From assembly GCF_000007225.1 (NCBI RefSeq), contig NC_003364.1, positions 1,710,001-1,742,000 on the forward strand: a stretch of 32,000 nt of DNA, in the 5' to 3' direction. Positions 1 to 8,937 of this stretch are shown here, one piece after another (the first letter of the stretch is position 1; the number at the start of each line of letters is the position of its first letter). The notes under the pieces were generated by a model, which saw only the letters and a list, made by a program, of their open reading frames with translations, searched no databases and had not been told where the DNA came from. This DNA is from Pyrobaculum aerophilum str. IM2 (GTDB taxonomy: Archaea > Thermoproteota > Thermoprotei > Thermoproteales > Thermoproteaceae). The translations under genes were made by a program, and so were the position numbers.

Positions 1-1228
1 CATTAAAGACGACGTGGAACTTGCGGAGGAGGTTGTGAGAGTTATGAAGGGCCACGTGGCCCACCTCGTGGAGATAGGGTCTATTCCAAAAGAGGCGGGG
101 GAGAGGATAATAAAGGCATTAGAGGAGGTAGACGCCTCTGAGCTACTTAAGGAGGAGTTTGAAGACGTCCACGAGGCGTTAGAAAAGTGGCTGATAGACA
201 AACTGGGGGAGGAGATAGGGGGCTGGGTGGGCCTCGGCAGGTCTCGTAATGATCACGTCGCCGCGGCAATTCGGCTTGCCGCGTTAAGAAAGACGGAAAG
301 ACTGAAGGAAGAGGCGTGTAGGCTCAGATGCGCCTTGGCTAAGAGGGCCCTGGAATACGCCGATTGCCCCATGCCGAGTTTTACGCACTTCCAGCCGGCC
401 CAGGTGATTACCTTTGGCCACTACCTCTTGGCCATAGACGAGCTCTTGGCAGAGTTTTTACACATATTACGAGGAGTAGAGGATTTGTTAAACCGCTCTC
501 CCCTCGGAGCGGGCCCAGCCGGGGGGGTGAGGACGCCGTTAGACCGCCGCAGGCTGGCGGAGCTAGTTGGGTTTAAAGAGGTTGTTGAAAACGCCTTATA
601 CGCCTCAGGCAGCCGCTTTTTCGCCTTAGCGCTAGCCTCGGCGGTGGTTTCTTTTCTCGCCGAGCTGTCGCGGGCGGTAGACGATTTTATTAGGTGGAAC
701 AGCCCGGTAGTTGGGTACGTGAACTCCCCTGATAGTCACGTGTCAACTAGTAGCATAATGCCTCATAAACGCAATCTCGTGACTCTTGAAGTGTTGCGGG
801 CTAGAATTGCCGAGGCGCTTGGCCACTTCGCCGCAATGAGCGCCTTAGTGATGAAAGTGGGAATGGGCTACAGCTTAGATCTCCAAGAGGCAACCCGCCA
901 CCTTTGGGCTGTTTTGAACATCGCCACTGAGGGCATGGCCGTGTTTAGAGATTTCATAGAGAACATGGCGTTTAACTGCGAGAAATCCCGTAAAGACGCC
1001 GAGGCCTACTTTACAACTTCCTCAGATACGGCGGAGGACGAGGCCCTTAAAGGAGTGCCTTTTAGAAAGGCGTATTTCCAGCTGGCAAGCGCCATTAAGG
1101 CCGGGACTGCCAGACTGCTGACAATTAATGAGGCATTGAAGAGGCCCGTTTATGGGTCTGCCAACACCGAGGAGGTGAAACGCGCCGCGTCGAGGAGATT
1201 AGCCCTTTGCAGGCCCAAGCCTCTCTAA
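1..1228 (+). CDS. argH: argininosuccinate lyase, probably 5'-truncated by the window edge
   Basis: ORF 14..1228. The same frame stays open back to base 2, so the real start is probably upstream of the window. Fumarate-lyase family signatures GRSRNDHV and TSSIMPHKRN (SSxMPxKxN loop). Confidence 0.88.
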   Translation, partial: IKDDVELAEEVVRVMKGHVAHLVEIGSIPKEAGERIIKALEEVDASELLKEEFEDVHEALEKWLIDKLGEEIGGWVGLGRSRNDHVAAAIRLAALRKTERLKEEACRLRCALAKRALEYADCPMPSFTHFQPAQVITFGHYLLAIDELLAEFLHILRGVEDLLNRSPLGAGPAGGVRTPLDRRRLAELVGFKEVVENALYASGSRFFALALASAVVSFLAELSRAVDDFIRWNSPVVGYVNSPDSHVSTSSIMPHKRNLVTLEVLRARIAEALGHFAAMSALVMKVGMGYSLDLQEATRHLWAVLNIATEGMAVFRDFIENMAFNCEKSRKDAEAYFTTSSDTAEDEALKGVPFRKAYFQLASAIKAGTARLLTINEALKRPVYGSANTEEVKRAASRRLALCRPKPL

Positions 1229-1510
1229 CAGCGCGTCTACTTCAGCCACCGCCTCCTCTTCGCCGCCGCACTCCACTAATTGCACCTTGGCATAACCGGG
1301 TTTCCCATCCACCTCCTTGACGCATAACACGACTCCTCTCCTAGTGGGGTGAGTTACCACGTCGATATACGCCCTGGCTATTCCGGCGGCTAAAGCCTCT
1401 GTCAGCAACACGGCCTTCCCGTCGTCGAAAAAGAGAATCATTCTCAAATGTCTGTGTCCAGTTGGTATAGCCGCCACTACTTTAACTAGCCTCCCGCCTT
1501 GCGACTCCAT
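1199..1510 (-). CDS. hypothetical protein (103 aa)
   Basis: ORF only, no motif recognised. It overlaps the argH 3' end (convergent) and the upstream membrane-protein gene by 29 nt, so the start is uncertain (internal Met at MILFFDDG is possible). Confidence 0.4.
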   Translation of the reverse strand: MESQGGRLVKVVAAIPTGHRHLRMILFFDDGKAVLLTEALAAGIARAYIDVVTHPTRRGVVLCVKEVDGKPGYAKVQLVECGGEEEAVAEVDALLERLGPAKG

Positions 1511-2027
1511 ATACTACAAAGAATACGAGAATTGGATATGCCACTAGCCTCTCCAACCCCCCGATTCCCAGCGGCGTGTGGACTCTGGGTATAAATAACG
1601 CTAGAGCTGTGAGCGAAATTACGCCCGCGGCTAGCCCAAAGGCTTTGAAAAAACCTCCCATCCTAGCCCCCATCGCCATTACGGCTATTGCGCCCAAGAG
1701 AAAGGCAATTAACGCCGATATCCAGTGAGGGGCGCCGTAGTCCTCGGGGAAAACCCCCACGCCCATGGCGCCTATTGACGCAAGCGCCAGCAACACAGCG
1801 CTAATTCTTCCGATTTCCCTCCGCAGTAAATACGCCGATAGTAAGCCCAGCAACCCCAACAGAAAAACGCTTGTGTTGAAAAGCGTAGAAGTGGGGGCGT
1901 TTAGCGAGCCGAGGTCGCTGATATAATTTCGCAGCGGATCATAGCCGGGGTACAGCCGTTCTGCCGCCGCCATGGAGATTAAAAACTGCAAAGAGCCTAT
2001 TGTCAATAGAGCTCTACCCCAATTCAT
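1482..2027 (-). CDS. polytopic membrane protein (DUF998-like)
   Basis: 181 aa with about 6 hydrophobic spans. The N-terminal PLRNYISDLG motif resembles the DUF998 family. Family assignment is from memory only. Confidence 0.55.
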   Translation of the reverse strand: MNWGRALLTIGSLQFLISMAAAERLYPGYDPLRNYISDLGSLNAPTSTLFNTSVFLLGLLGLLSAYLLRREIGRISAVLLALASIGAMGVGVFPEDYGAPHWISALIAFLLGAIAVMAMGARMGGFFKAFGLAAGVISLTALALFIPRVHTPLGIGGLERLVAYPILVFFVVYGVARREAS

Positions 2028-2095
2028 AAGCCACTATTAGAGTAGGTTTATAACAGCGCTGTGTTTTTGAACTCCGTCGCACTAGTATTACTGAG

Positions 2096-2109
2096 TTTTA
2101 ATTTTTAAA
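2096..2109 (+). promoter_or_regulatory. TATA-like A/T box for the ABC transporter operon (leaderless GTG start)
   Basis: ttttaatttttaaa is centred about 26 nt upstream of the GTG at 2129. Confidence 0.5.
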
Positions 2110-2128
2110 CTGTTTTTTCAAGTTTGGC

Positions 2129-3112
2129 GTGGGGCTATCTGTGGAGCTAAAAGACGTCGCTGTACACTACGGCTCTTTTCAAGCCCTGATGGGAATTAAT
2201 CTTTATGTAGAAAGCGGCGAAGGTCTCGTCCTCCTAGGCCCATCGGGATCGGGGAAATCCACGTTGTTGAGGACAATAGCCGGCCTAGTACCCCCCTCGA
2301 GGGGAAGGGTTTACATAGGGGGGAGAGACGTCACAGATCTCCCTCCAGATAAAAGGGGGGTGTCTATGCTTTTTCAAGACCTGGCGCTATTCCCGCACTT
2401 AAACGTCTTTGAAAACGTGGCGTTTGGCCTCAGGGTGAGGAGAGTGCCGGAGGAGGAGGTTAAGAGGAGAGTTATGTGGGCCCTGGAGCTCGTACGTCTA
2501 GATCCCCACACGTTTATGTATAGAAGAGTCCACCAGCTGTCGGGCGGCCAGCAACAGCGAGTTGCCCTTGCCCGGGCGCTGGTAGTTGAGCCAGAGGTCT
2601 TGTTACTAGACGAGCCCTTCAGCCACGTGGATTTGGACATAAAAAACCAGCTATTGGAAGAACTGAAAATACTGCACAACAAGCTGGGCTTCACGCTTAT
2701 ATACGTCACACACGACAGATTTGAGGCCGTGGAAATAGGCGATCGCATTGCCCTAATGAAAGACGGGCAAATTATACAAGTGGGCAGGCCAATTGAGCTT
2801 TATAAAAAGCCGCGCAACCGCTTCGTCGCGGAGTTTTTCGGCGAGGCTAACATCGTTCCCGCCGCGGCGTTGGGACTCGCAGAGAGGGGATACGCCGTTA
2901 TAAGGCCGGAGGACGTGGTGATAGGCGGGGGGACGTACAGGTTTAAAGGACAAGTGGTGGACATCACCTTCCTCTGGCATTACCTCAAGGTGGAAATTCA
3001 AAGCAACGGCTATATTTTCAAAGCCTATGTGGATTTAGAAACTCCTATCTCGCTGGGCGAAGTTGTGGAATTCGGCTGGGACGCAAGAGACATGTACATA
3101 GTGGCGGAATGA
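2129..3112 (+). CDS. ABC importer ATP-binding protein (PotA/CysA/MalK-type)
   Basis: Walker A GPSGSGKST, ABC signature LSGGQQQRVALARAL, Walker B LLLDEP, H-loop VTHD. The C-terminal extension is like the regulatory/TOBE tail of importer ATPases. Confidence 0.9.
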   Translation: MGLSVELKDVAVHYGSFQALMGINLYVESGEGLVLLGPSGSGKSTLLRTIAGLVPPSRGRVYIGGRDVTDLPPDKRGVSMLFQDLALFPHLNVFENVAFGLRVRRVPEEEVKRRVMWALELVRLDPHTFMYRRVHQLSGGQQQRVALARALVVEPEVLLLDEPFSHVDLDIKNQLLEELKILHNKLGFTLIYVTHDRFEAVEIGDRIALMKDGQIIQVGRPIELYKKPRNRFVAEFFGEANIVPAAALGLAERGYAVIRPEDVVIGGGTYRFKGQVVDITFLWHYLKVEIQSNGYIFKAYVDLETPISLGEVVEFGWDARDMYIVAE

Positions 3113-3840
3113 TTAAAAAGCTCGCATTAACGGCCTTCGCCTCGGCAATTCTCCTCTTCTACGTGCCTTTTCTGGCGCTGGGGTATTACCTCTCTGAAGG
3201 GGGGTTGTTAAAGCTCCCCTCTCTCTCCATGGTGGCCACCACCTTCCTCCTCGCCGGGCTTACTGCAGTTATATCAATCGCCCTGGCCTACCCCGCCGCT
3301 TATTATTTAGCAAAACGGGGAAGCGAGTTGGAGTTCGCGCTTTTAATCGCCCCCCTATGGGTGGGGACTCTGCTAAAGGCGTACTCCCTCCTAGTCCTAT
3401 TTACTATAATTGAGAGATACACTGGCATTGTGTTATGGGGGTCGATCCTCGGGGTTTTAGTGGGCATGATCTACGAGTACTTCCCCTACGCCCTCCTGAC
3501 TCTCTACGCGGCTATTGAAAAACTCAGCGAAACTCCCGTACACGCGGCTAGAGTCCTAGGCGCCTCCAGGATAGAGGCATTTCTAAGAGTGGAGCTCCCG
3601 TTAACAATGCCCGGCGTAGTCGCCGCTTTTATCCTCATATTCCTATTCGCACTGGGAGAGGTTATAATGCCCGCCGTGTTGGGCGGGTGGAAAATTTACA
3701 CCTTTGGGAGCTACATATGGGATCTCTACTTCAAGGCCAGGGACATCTTCAGCGGTAGCATTTTGTCTCTTCTACTCGCCGGGCTCTCCCTGTTAGCAAC
3801 ATACCTAGTTGTCAGAACTATCCGCTCCTTTTCCCTATGA
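3109..3840 (+). CDS. ABC transporter permease
   Basis: Multi-span membrane ORF with an EAA-type loop (AARVLGASRIEAFLRVELPLTMPG). Its ATG overlaps the ATPase stop (ATGA). Confidence 0.85.
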   Translation: MIKKLALTAFASAILLFYVPFLALGYYLSEGGLLKLPSLSMVATTFLLAGLTAVISIALAYPAAYYLAKRGSELEFALLIAPLWVGTLLKAYSLLVLFTIIERYTGIVLWGSILGVLVGMIYEYFPYALLTLYAAIEKLSETPVHAARVLGASRIEAFLRVELPLTMPGVVAAFILIFLFALGEVIMPAVLGGWKIYTFGSYIWDLYFKARDIFSGSILSLLLAGLSLLATYLVVRTIRSFSL

Positions 3841-4598
3841 AGGCGCTGAGAGTTTACACCTGGCTCCTCATTACGGCGTTGTATATGCCAATAGCCGTTA
3901 TTATAGTCCTCTCTTTTAACGACAGCAGATTGCCGTACGTGTGGGGAGGCCTCACCTTTAAGTGGTACGAGGCGTTATTCCGCTGGGGCCAGGCGTGGCA
4001 GGCGATAATTAACAGCGTGTTAATAGCCCTCGCCGTTGCCTTTGTCTCCTGTTTTTTCGGCATATTCATGGCCTACGCCCTCCGCGACAACAGATATCTA
4101 GCGGTTTCCCAAGGCGCTATAGTCATGCCGGAGGTGTCTGAGGCCTTGGCCTTCGCCGCGGCGCTCTGGCTGTTAAAGAGCTACGCGCATATAGATTTAT
4201 TCGGACCGCTGGGAGTTTTCCTAGCCCATTTGGCCTACACCCTACCAATGGCCCACGTCTTGTTAACGCCTTATGTGGCTTATGTGGGGAAAAGCGCTGT
4301 GGAAGCCGCCAGAATTCTCGGGGCGTCGGAAATGCGCACAATGCTCTCCGTGATCATGCCGATATTAATGCCGGCTTTCGTAGCCACTTTCCTCATAGTA
4401 TTCGCCAACTCCTTCGATACTTATATAAAAACCGCCTTCTCCACAAGCCCTGACTTCACAACAGCACCACTATTGTTATGGACTTACGCCGCCAGAGGCC
4501 GGGGAGATCCCACTATATACGCCCTGGCTACTTTTATGCTCATTCCCTCTCTCGCCGCTGCGGCGATTTATTTTAGAGCTGTAAAACGCTACAGCTAA
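3837..4598 (+). CDS. ABC transporter permease
   Basis: Multi-span membrane ORF with an EAA-type loop (AARILGASEMRTMLSVIMPILMPA). ATGA overlap with the preceding permease. Confidence 0.85.
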   Translation: MKALRVYTWLLITALYMPIAVIIVLSFNDSRLPYVWGGLTFKWYEALFRWGQAWQAIINSVLIALAVAFVSCFFGIFMAYALRDNRYLAVSQGAIVMPEVSEALAFAAALWLLKSYAHIDLFGPLGVFLAHLAYTLPMAHVLLTPYVAYVGKSAVEAARILGASEMRTMLSVIMPILMPAFVATFLIVFANSFDTYIKTAFSTSPDFTTAPLLLWTYAARGRGDPTIYALATFMLIPSLAAAAIYFRAVKRYS

Positions 4599-5928
4599 CA
4601 AGGCCTTTGCCGCCCTCTTCGGAGTATCCACTACCACCAGCCTTTTCTTAAGAGCTTCCTCCAACGCCTTGGTTTGCGGAGAGCGGCCAAAGGAGACTAC
4701 AACTACGGGCTTTTTATACCGCTCATAGATTTGTAGAATTTCCCACGCGGCGTTTTCACTATAACCAGGCGGGTGTATTAAAGCCGCCACGACTGCCGCA
4801 TCTGCAAACCTCAGCCCGATGTCTAACGCCGCGCGGAAATGTTCATCTCTACCTCCGCCCTGTTAAGTCAACTGGATTTGAAACTACTGCCACAGGAGGT
4901 AGATAGCTCTTTAACTCCCTCTGGGCCTCTCTCGGCAGCTCGGGCACAGAGAGCCCAACGGCGTTTAATGCGTCTACTATTTGAACGCCCATGCCGCCGG
5001 AGGACGTGACGACTAACACGTTTCTCACCGCCCTCACGTCATACAACGCCAGGGCCTTTGCCATGTCGAATAACTCAATTAAATCCTCAGCCTCTACTAC
5101 ACCTGTCTGGCGGAACAGCCCCTTGTATAGCTCATAGCGCCCTGCCATTGCCGCTGTGTGCGACGCCACTGCTCTCTGTGCGTCGTTCCCCCTACCGGCT
5201 TTATACACCACTATCGGCTTGTCCATTTTCTTGACAATTTGCAAAAATCTAGCCACGTCACTCCTCCGCCTAAACCCCTCGAGATATAAAGCTACTACTT
5301 TAATTCTCTCATCCCCTTCCAAAAACTCTAAAAAATCCGCCTCTGTGACGTCTGCTCTGTTTCCGAAATTCACCGCGATGCCCACCCCTACATATTCGCC
5401 AGCCGCCCAGTCAAGAGCCGCCGTCATTACGGCGCCACTTTGGCTGAGAAAGGCTATTGGGCCCGCGGGGGGTCTTCCCGCCTTTTCTGCGGGCAGGAAC
5501 ATTGTGTCAAGGCCGTTGAAGGCGTTGTAAACGCCTATACAGTTAGGCCCCAAAACCCTAATTCCATATCTCCTCGCCGTTTTTATTAGCCCTTCTTCCA
5601 ACTCTTGCCTGCCTATCTCTGAGAAACCCCCTGATACTACAACCGCCGCCTTGGCCCCGGCCCTGCCAGCGTCGTCTATTACGCCCAACGCCACCTCCGC
5701 CGGCGTTGCCACTACTACAAGCTCAGGCGCCTCCGGTAGGCTTGAAATTTTGTCGTAAAAACGGACCTCCACACCTCCTACGTATTCCACGTCATATTTC
5801 GGATTTACGGCGTATACTCTTCCCTTGAAATTTTTCAACAGTTGTATTAAAATCTGACCCCCTATTGAGCCCCCCTTGGGCGAGGCCCCTACAACAGCTA
5901 CTGAGTTTGGCGATAAAAACTCCCTCAC
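4476..5928 (-). pseudogene. acetate--CoA ligase (ADP-forming) alpha subunit / CoA-binding protein, interrupted by a +1 frameshift
   Basis: ORF 4849..5928 carries the CoA-binding N-terminus (SVAVVGASPKGGSIGG), the phosphohistidine context ASHTAAMAG and NPVDLTG, then stops at TAG 4849-4851. The +1 frame is open from 4862 down to 4476 and continues the family sequence (GGGRDEHFRAALDIGLRFADAAVVAALIHPPGY...). Removing one G from the GGG run (plus-strand ccc 4858-4860) restores a single ORF. Confidence 0.8.
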
Positions 5929-7175
5929 CCCTTTAACGACCTGGCGATGCTCGCAGGGTCGTATCCCACTATTAATGTATATGTGCCGTTTGGATACACC
6001 ACTACTACCATGGGCGTGCCCACGTTTTGGCCTGCAAGTAAAGTGGCTAATTGCATCCCCGCATTGGCGTCAATATCACACTGTTTTTCTGGGAGTATAC
6101 TGGTGTAGTTGGGATCTCCGGCTAGGAACCTATCGTATAGAATTCGCAAAGTAGGTATTACCTTATTGGGATCTTGTTGGTATAGACATCTCAACCTTTG
6201 GTGTGCCGTAGTGGCGTCGGGATGGGCTATTAAATCCACTAATACAACCTTGTGGCCTTCAAATAGAGTGTAGTTGTATTTGAAGAGCTGGGCGCAGTAG
6301 GGACACTGTAAGTCGAAGAAGACGACAGCCGCCGGCCAGTTGCCGTCGAATTTCATGCCTATTTTCTCGGCAACTTTTAAAATGTCCAAACCCCCTCCTC
6401 TCGTGGCAACGACATTTTTTGAAAGCTCATTTATTATATTCCTAACGTCGTTTGGAACCGCGGTTATGTTTTTAAGAGTGTATGTCAGAGTTGCCACAAC
6501 TTGCCCGCCGTATGAGAGCCTTACTTTAAGGGCGTAAATAGTGCCGTCTCCCAGTACTTGTTTTTCGTAGTCTAAAGTGGCCGAAAGACCGGGCATAATG
6601 GGGACATCTGTGGTGTTGGTATAGATAGTGGCTTGGCCCATTGGCGTCTGGGCAACCCCCGACTGTTTCCACTGGCTGGGCGAGGTTGGGCCGGGAAGTC
6701 CTTGAACTAACAATACTAATTCGTCGAAGTTCTTAGCCGTGGGTAGCGGAGATGTCGACGGAGTACACTGGCTGTTGCTGAGCGTTATGGACTCGCCAGC
6801 TATAACAGCTCGTGTTGTCGAGTTGACACATATTTCCATCAGCTTGTTGTAATATGTCAATTTTTGATAAGAGCCTCCTTGCGATTGAGACAATATATTA
6901 ATAATCCCGTCGTTTTTCAATAAGAAATAAGTTATGGTATTGTTGCTGAGCTGTGCATATACAACTCCGTCACTAGTTGGGATGTAATACGTCAACATTT
7001 GGACGCTCTGGCCCCCTGTGAGTTGCGCCAAGTAGACGTATAGCTTGCCCCCCGATTGTGCCCCAGGGGGAGTGAGTTGCGGGCTTTGCGGCGGTTTGTA
7101 TGTGACAAGCGCTATTACAGCCACGGCAACAACTGCCGCGGCTAGAATTGCGCCTATTATGACGTTTTTATTCAT
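5925..7175 (-). CDS. membrane-anchored thiol:disulfide oxidoreductase, DsbA/thioredoxin-like C-terminal domain with CPYC active site
   Basis: N-terminal TM helix (IIGAILAAAVVAVAVIALV). About 280 aa of unassigned domain rich in N-x-S/T sequons. C-terminal thioredoxin-fold region VVFFDLQCPYCAQLF. The stop overlaps the ACD start by 4 nt. Confidence 0.65.
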   Translation of the reverse strand: MNKNVIIGAILAAAVVAVAVIALVTYKPPQSPQLTPPGAQSGGKLYVYLAQLTGGQSVQMLTYYIPTSDGVVYAQLSNNTITYFLLKNDGIINILSQSQGGSYQKLTYYNKLMEICVNSTTRAVIAGESITLSNSQCTPSTSPLPTAKNFDELVLLVQGLPGPTSPSQWKQSGVAQTPMGQATIYTNTTDVPIMPGLSATLDYEKQVLGDGTIYALKVRLSYGGQVVATLTYTLKNITAVPNDVRNIINELSKNVVATRGGGLDILKVAEKIGMKFDGNWPAAVVFFDLQCPYCAQLFKYNYTLFEGHKVVLVDLIAHPDATTAHQRLRCLYQQDPNKVIPTLRILYDRFLAGDPNYTSILPEKQCDIDANAGMQLATLLAGQNVGTPMVVVVYPNGTYTLIVGYDPASIARSLKG

Positions 7176-7191
7176 GGGAGGGTTTTGTGAG

Positions 7192-7206
7192 GTATATAAA
7201 AAAATT
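7192..7206 (-). promoter_or_regulatory. TATA-like box for the DsbA-like gene
   Basis: gtatataaaaaaatt is centred about 24 nt upstream of ATG 7175 and overlaps the CBS gene stop codon. Confidence 0.5.
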
Positions 7207-7624
7207 ACTCTATTGTAGGGGCCCAGTCTCTGGCCAAAGTTTCTAATATCTGCCTCTCTCCTATTAAATCGCGGATTGATATTACACCGTATACCTCTCC
7301 GTTTCTATCAAGGACTACTATGTGCCTCACTTGAAATTGTTTCATTTTCTTTGCTGCTACTATTATGGGCTCATCGGCGTATACATAGACGAAGTTGTGC
7401 ATAGTCCCTGCTTTATCTACTGTGGTGGTCAACGGGGCTTTTTTCGCAATTGTCCTTATGATATCCCTCTCGGATATTACGCCTATGGGCTTTTTGGGAT
7501 TTTCCCTCTCCACGATCACCAGTAGCCCCACCCGGTTTTCTGCCATTATGGCCGCGGCCTCCTCCACTGTTTTATCTGGCGTTATTGTAATTGGCGGCTT
7601 TTTAGCTATTTCCCCGCAGGTCAT
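7205..7624 (-). CDS. CBS domain pair protein
   Basis: 139 aa with two CBS-type repeats (ENRVGLLVIV...GVISERDIIR and VRHIVVLDRNGEVYGVISIRDLI). Confidence 0.8.
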   Translation of the reverse strand: MTCGEIAKKPPITITPDKTVEEAAAIMAENRVGLLVIVERENPKKPIGVISERDIIRTIAKKAPLTTTVDKAGTMHNFVYVYADEPIIVAAKKMKQFQVRHIVVLDRNGEVYGVISIRDLIGERQILETLARDWAPTIE

Positions 7625-7644
7625 AGCTTAACTTTTTTATCGGC

Positions 7645-7658
7645 TTAAATATTTTTTA
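7645..7658 (-). promoter_or_regulatory. TATA-like box for the CBS gene
   Basis: ttaaatatttttta is centred about 27 nt upstream of ATG 7624 and overlaps the VWA gene stop. Confidence 0.45.
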
Positions 7659-8937
7659 GTGCTAGTTTTAATGATTCAGGATTAACAGTATTTATCTTTA
7701 TTGTGGGTAAATACGACTCTATAGTTTCATTGTATCCCCCTATTAAAACTGCTTTTACTTCTCTAAAGGAGGCCTTGGCCATTTTTAACACCTCTGGTTG
7801 TACCATGTCGTCTTCGCCGTCTGTTATGATAATCAGTTTGTAGTTGTGCAGACCCATTTGTTTAGCGTCTCTAACTGCCGTGTGAACAGCGGCTGTGATG
7901 TCTGTGCCGCCAAGGGGCAACACGCGGAGTAGCGATTTTATAATGTCTTTAATATTCGTAATGGGAGGGTATACCATTTGGTCGAAAAATCTCAACACAA
8001 CCCTCTTGCTCTTTTTCATCAGCGCTATTGCCAGCGCTGTTGCCCAAGTGATCTTTTGAGTCATGTCCATGGCCACGCCGTCGTAGAGCGTGTAGAACAT
8101 AGAACCCGATTTGTCCACTAGGAGATATACTCTATCCCTTGTGTCCAGCGACATGTCATATATTGAAAGGGACTTTGTGGCGAGTTTATAGCCGAAGAGC
8201 TCTCTGGACTGGATATATAACGCCTTGCTCAAGTTTGTAGCCCTCTGTAAGTCGGCGTAGGTCCTGAGCCTAGTTACGCCTGATAGGACCCCCCTCCTCT
8301 CTGAAATCTCGCCTTGTTCCACTTCTGGCTGTATGGCAGATAACATCTCCACCAGCGATTCTAAAATTTTGGCGAGTCTCGCCCTGTAAGGGTCGATGTC
8401 TATGTCAAAGAGGAGCTCGGCTGCCTCTTTCCCCACCTCATTGCCCAACGCCTTAGTTATAGACTTCCTCAATTTTTCAATGTTCTTTATATTCCCCATG
8501 TAAAACCGCAATAGGCTGTTTATCTCTTGGCGGAGTTGTTGATTCTCGCTGAGTTCTCTCAAATCCTGTCTCTTGTCCTCAACCCCCTCCACGGCGCCTC
8601 TCTCTATTCTCGATATGAGGCTGTTATATGCTCTTAACAGCTTTATAGACGCAGACTTTGAAACTTGATAGTTATATCTGCTGATTTTTGACACCTCTTG
8701 GTAGACGTCTGTGGACAAGTAAGACTTAATGAATAAATACCAGAGGACCTCCTCGTTGTTGGGTTTTTCCCTGAGGATGGGGGTTCTGTAATGGACGTAG
8801 AACGAGTCCGCTATTATCTCATTGGAGATTTTGGAAAGTTTTAACGGTATGCCCAGGCGCTGGAAGTACTTCACTATCTCATGGACTCTCAGCCTGGTGA
8901 GCTCGTCGCTGTAATCTACGTTTATAAGGGCGCCCAT
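7645..8937 (-). CDS. VWA domain protein (ViaA/CoxE-like partner of the MoxR ATPase)
   Basis: The C-terminal von Willebrand A domain has a complete MIDAS: LLVDKSGSM (DxSxS), GGTDI, IIITDGED. The N-terminal ~260 aa is helical and unassigned. Its ATG overlaps the ATPase stop by 1 nt (TAATG). Confidence 0.8.
   Translation of the reverse strand: MGALINVDYSDELTRLRVHEIVKYFQRLGIPLKLSKISNEIIADSFYVHYRTPILREKPNNEEVLWYLFIKSYLSTDVYQEVSKISRYNYQVSKSASIKLLRAYNSLISRIERGAVEGVEDKRQDLRELSENQQLRQEINSLLRFYMGNIKNIEKLRKSITKALGNEVGKEAAELLFDIDIDPYRARLAKILESLVEMLSAIQPEVEQGEISERRGVLSGVTRLRTYADLQRATNLSKALYIQSRELFGYKLATKSLSIYDMSLDTRDRVYLLVDKSGSMFYTLYDGVAMDMTQKITWATALAIALMKKSKRVVLRFFDQMVYPPITNIKDIIKSLLRVLPLGGTDITAAVHTAVRDAKQMGLHNYKLIIITDGEDDMVQPEVLKMAKASFREVKAVLIGGYNETIESYLPTIKINTVNPESLKLALKNI

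Noticed and set aside
364-576. 70-aa plus-strand ORF inside argH (alternative frame)
   Set aside because: It is embedded in the argH reading frame, Pro/Gly/Arg-rich, and typical of an out-of-frame ORF in G+C-rich coding sequence.
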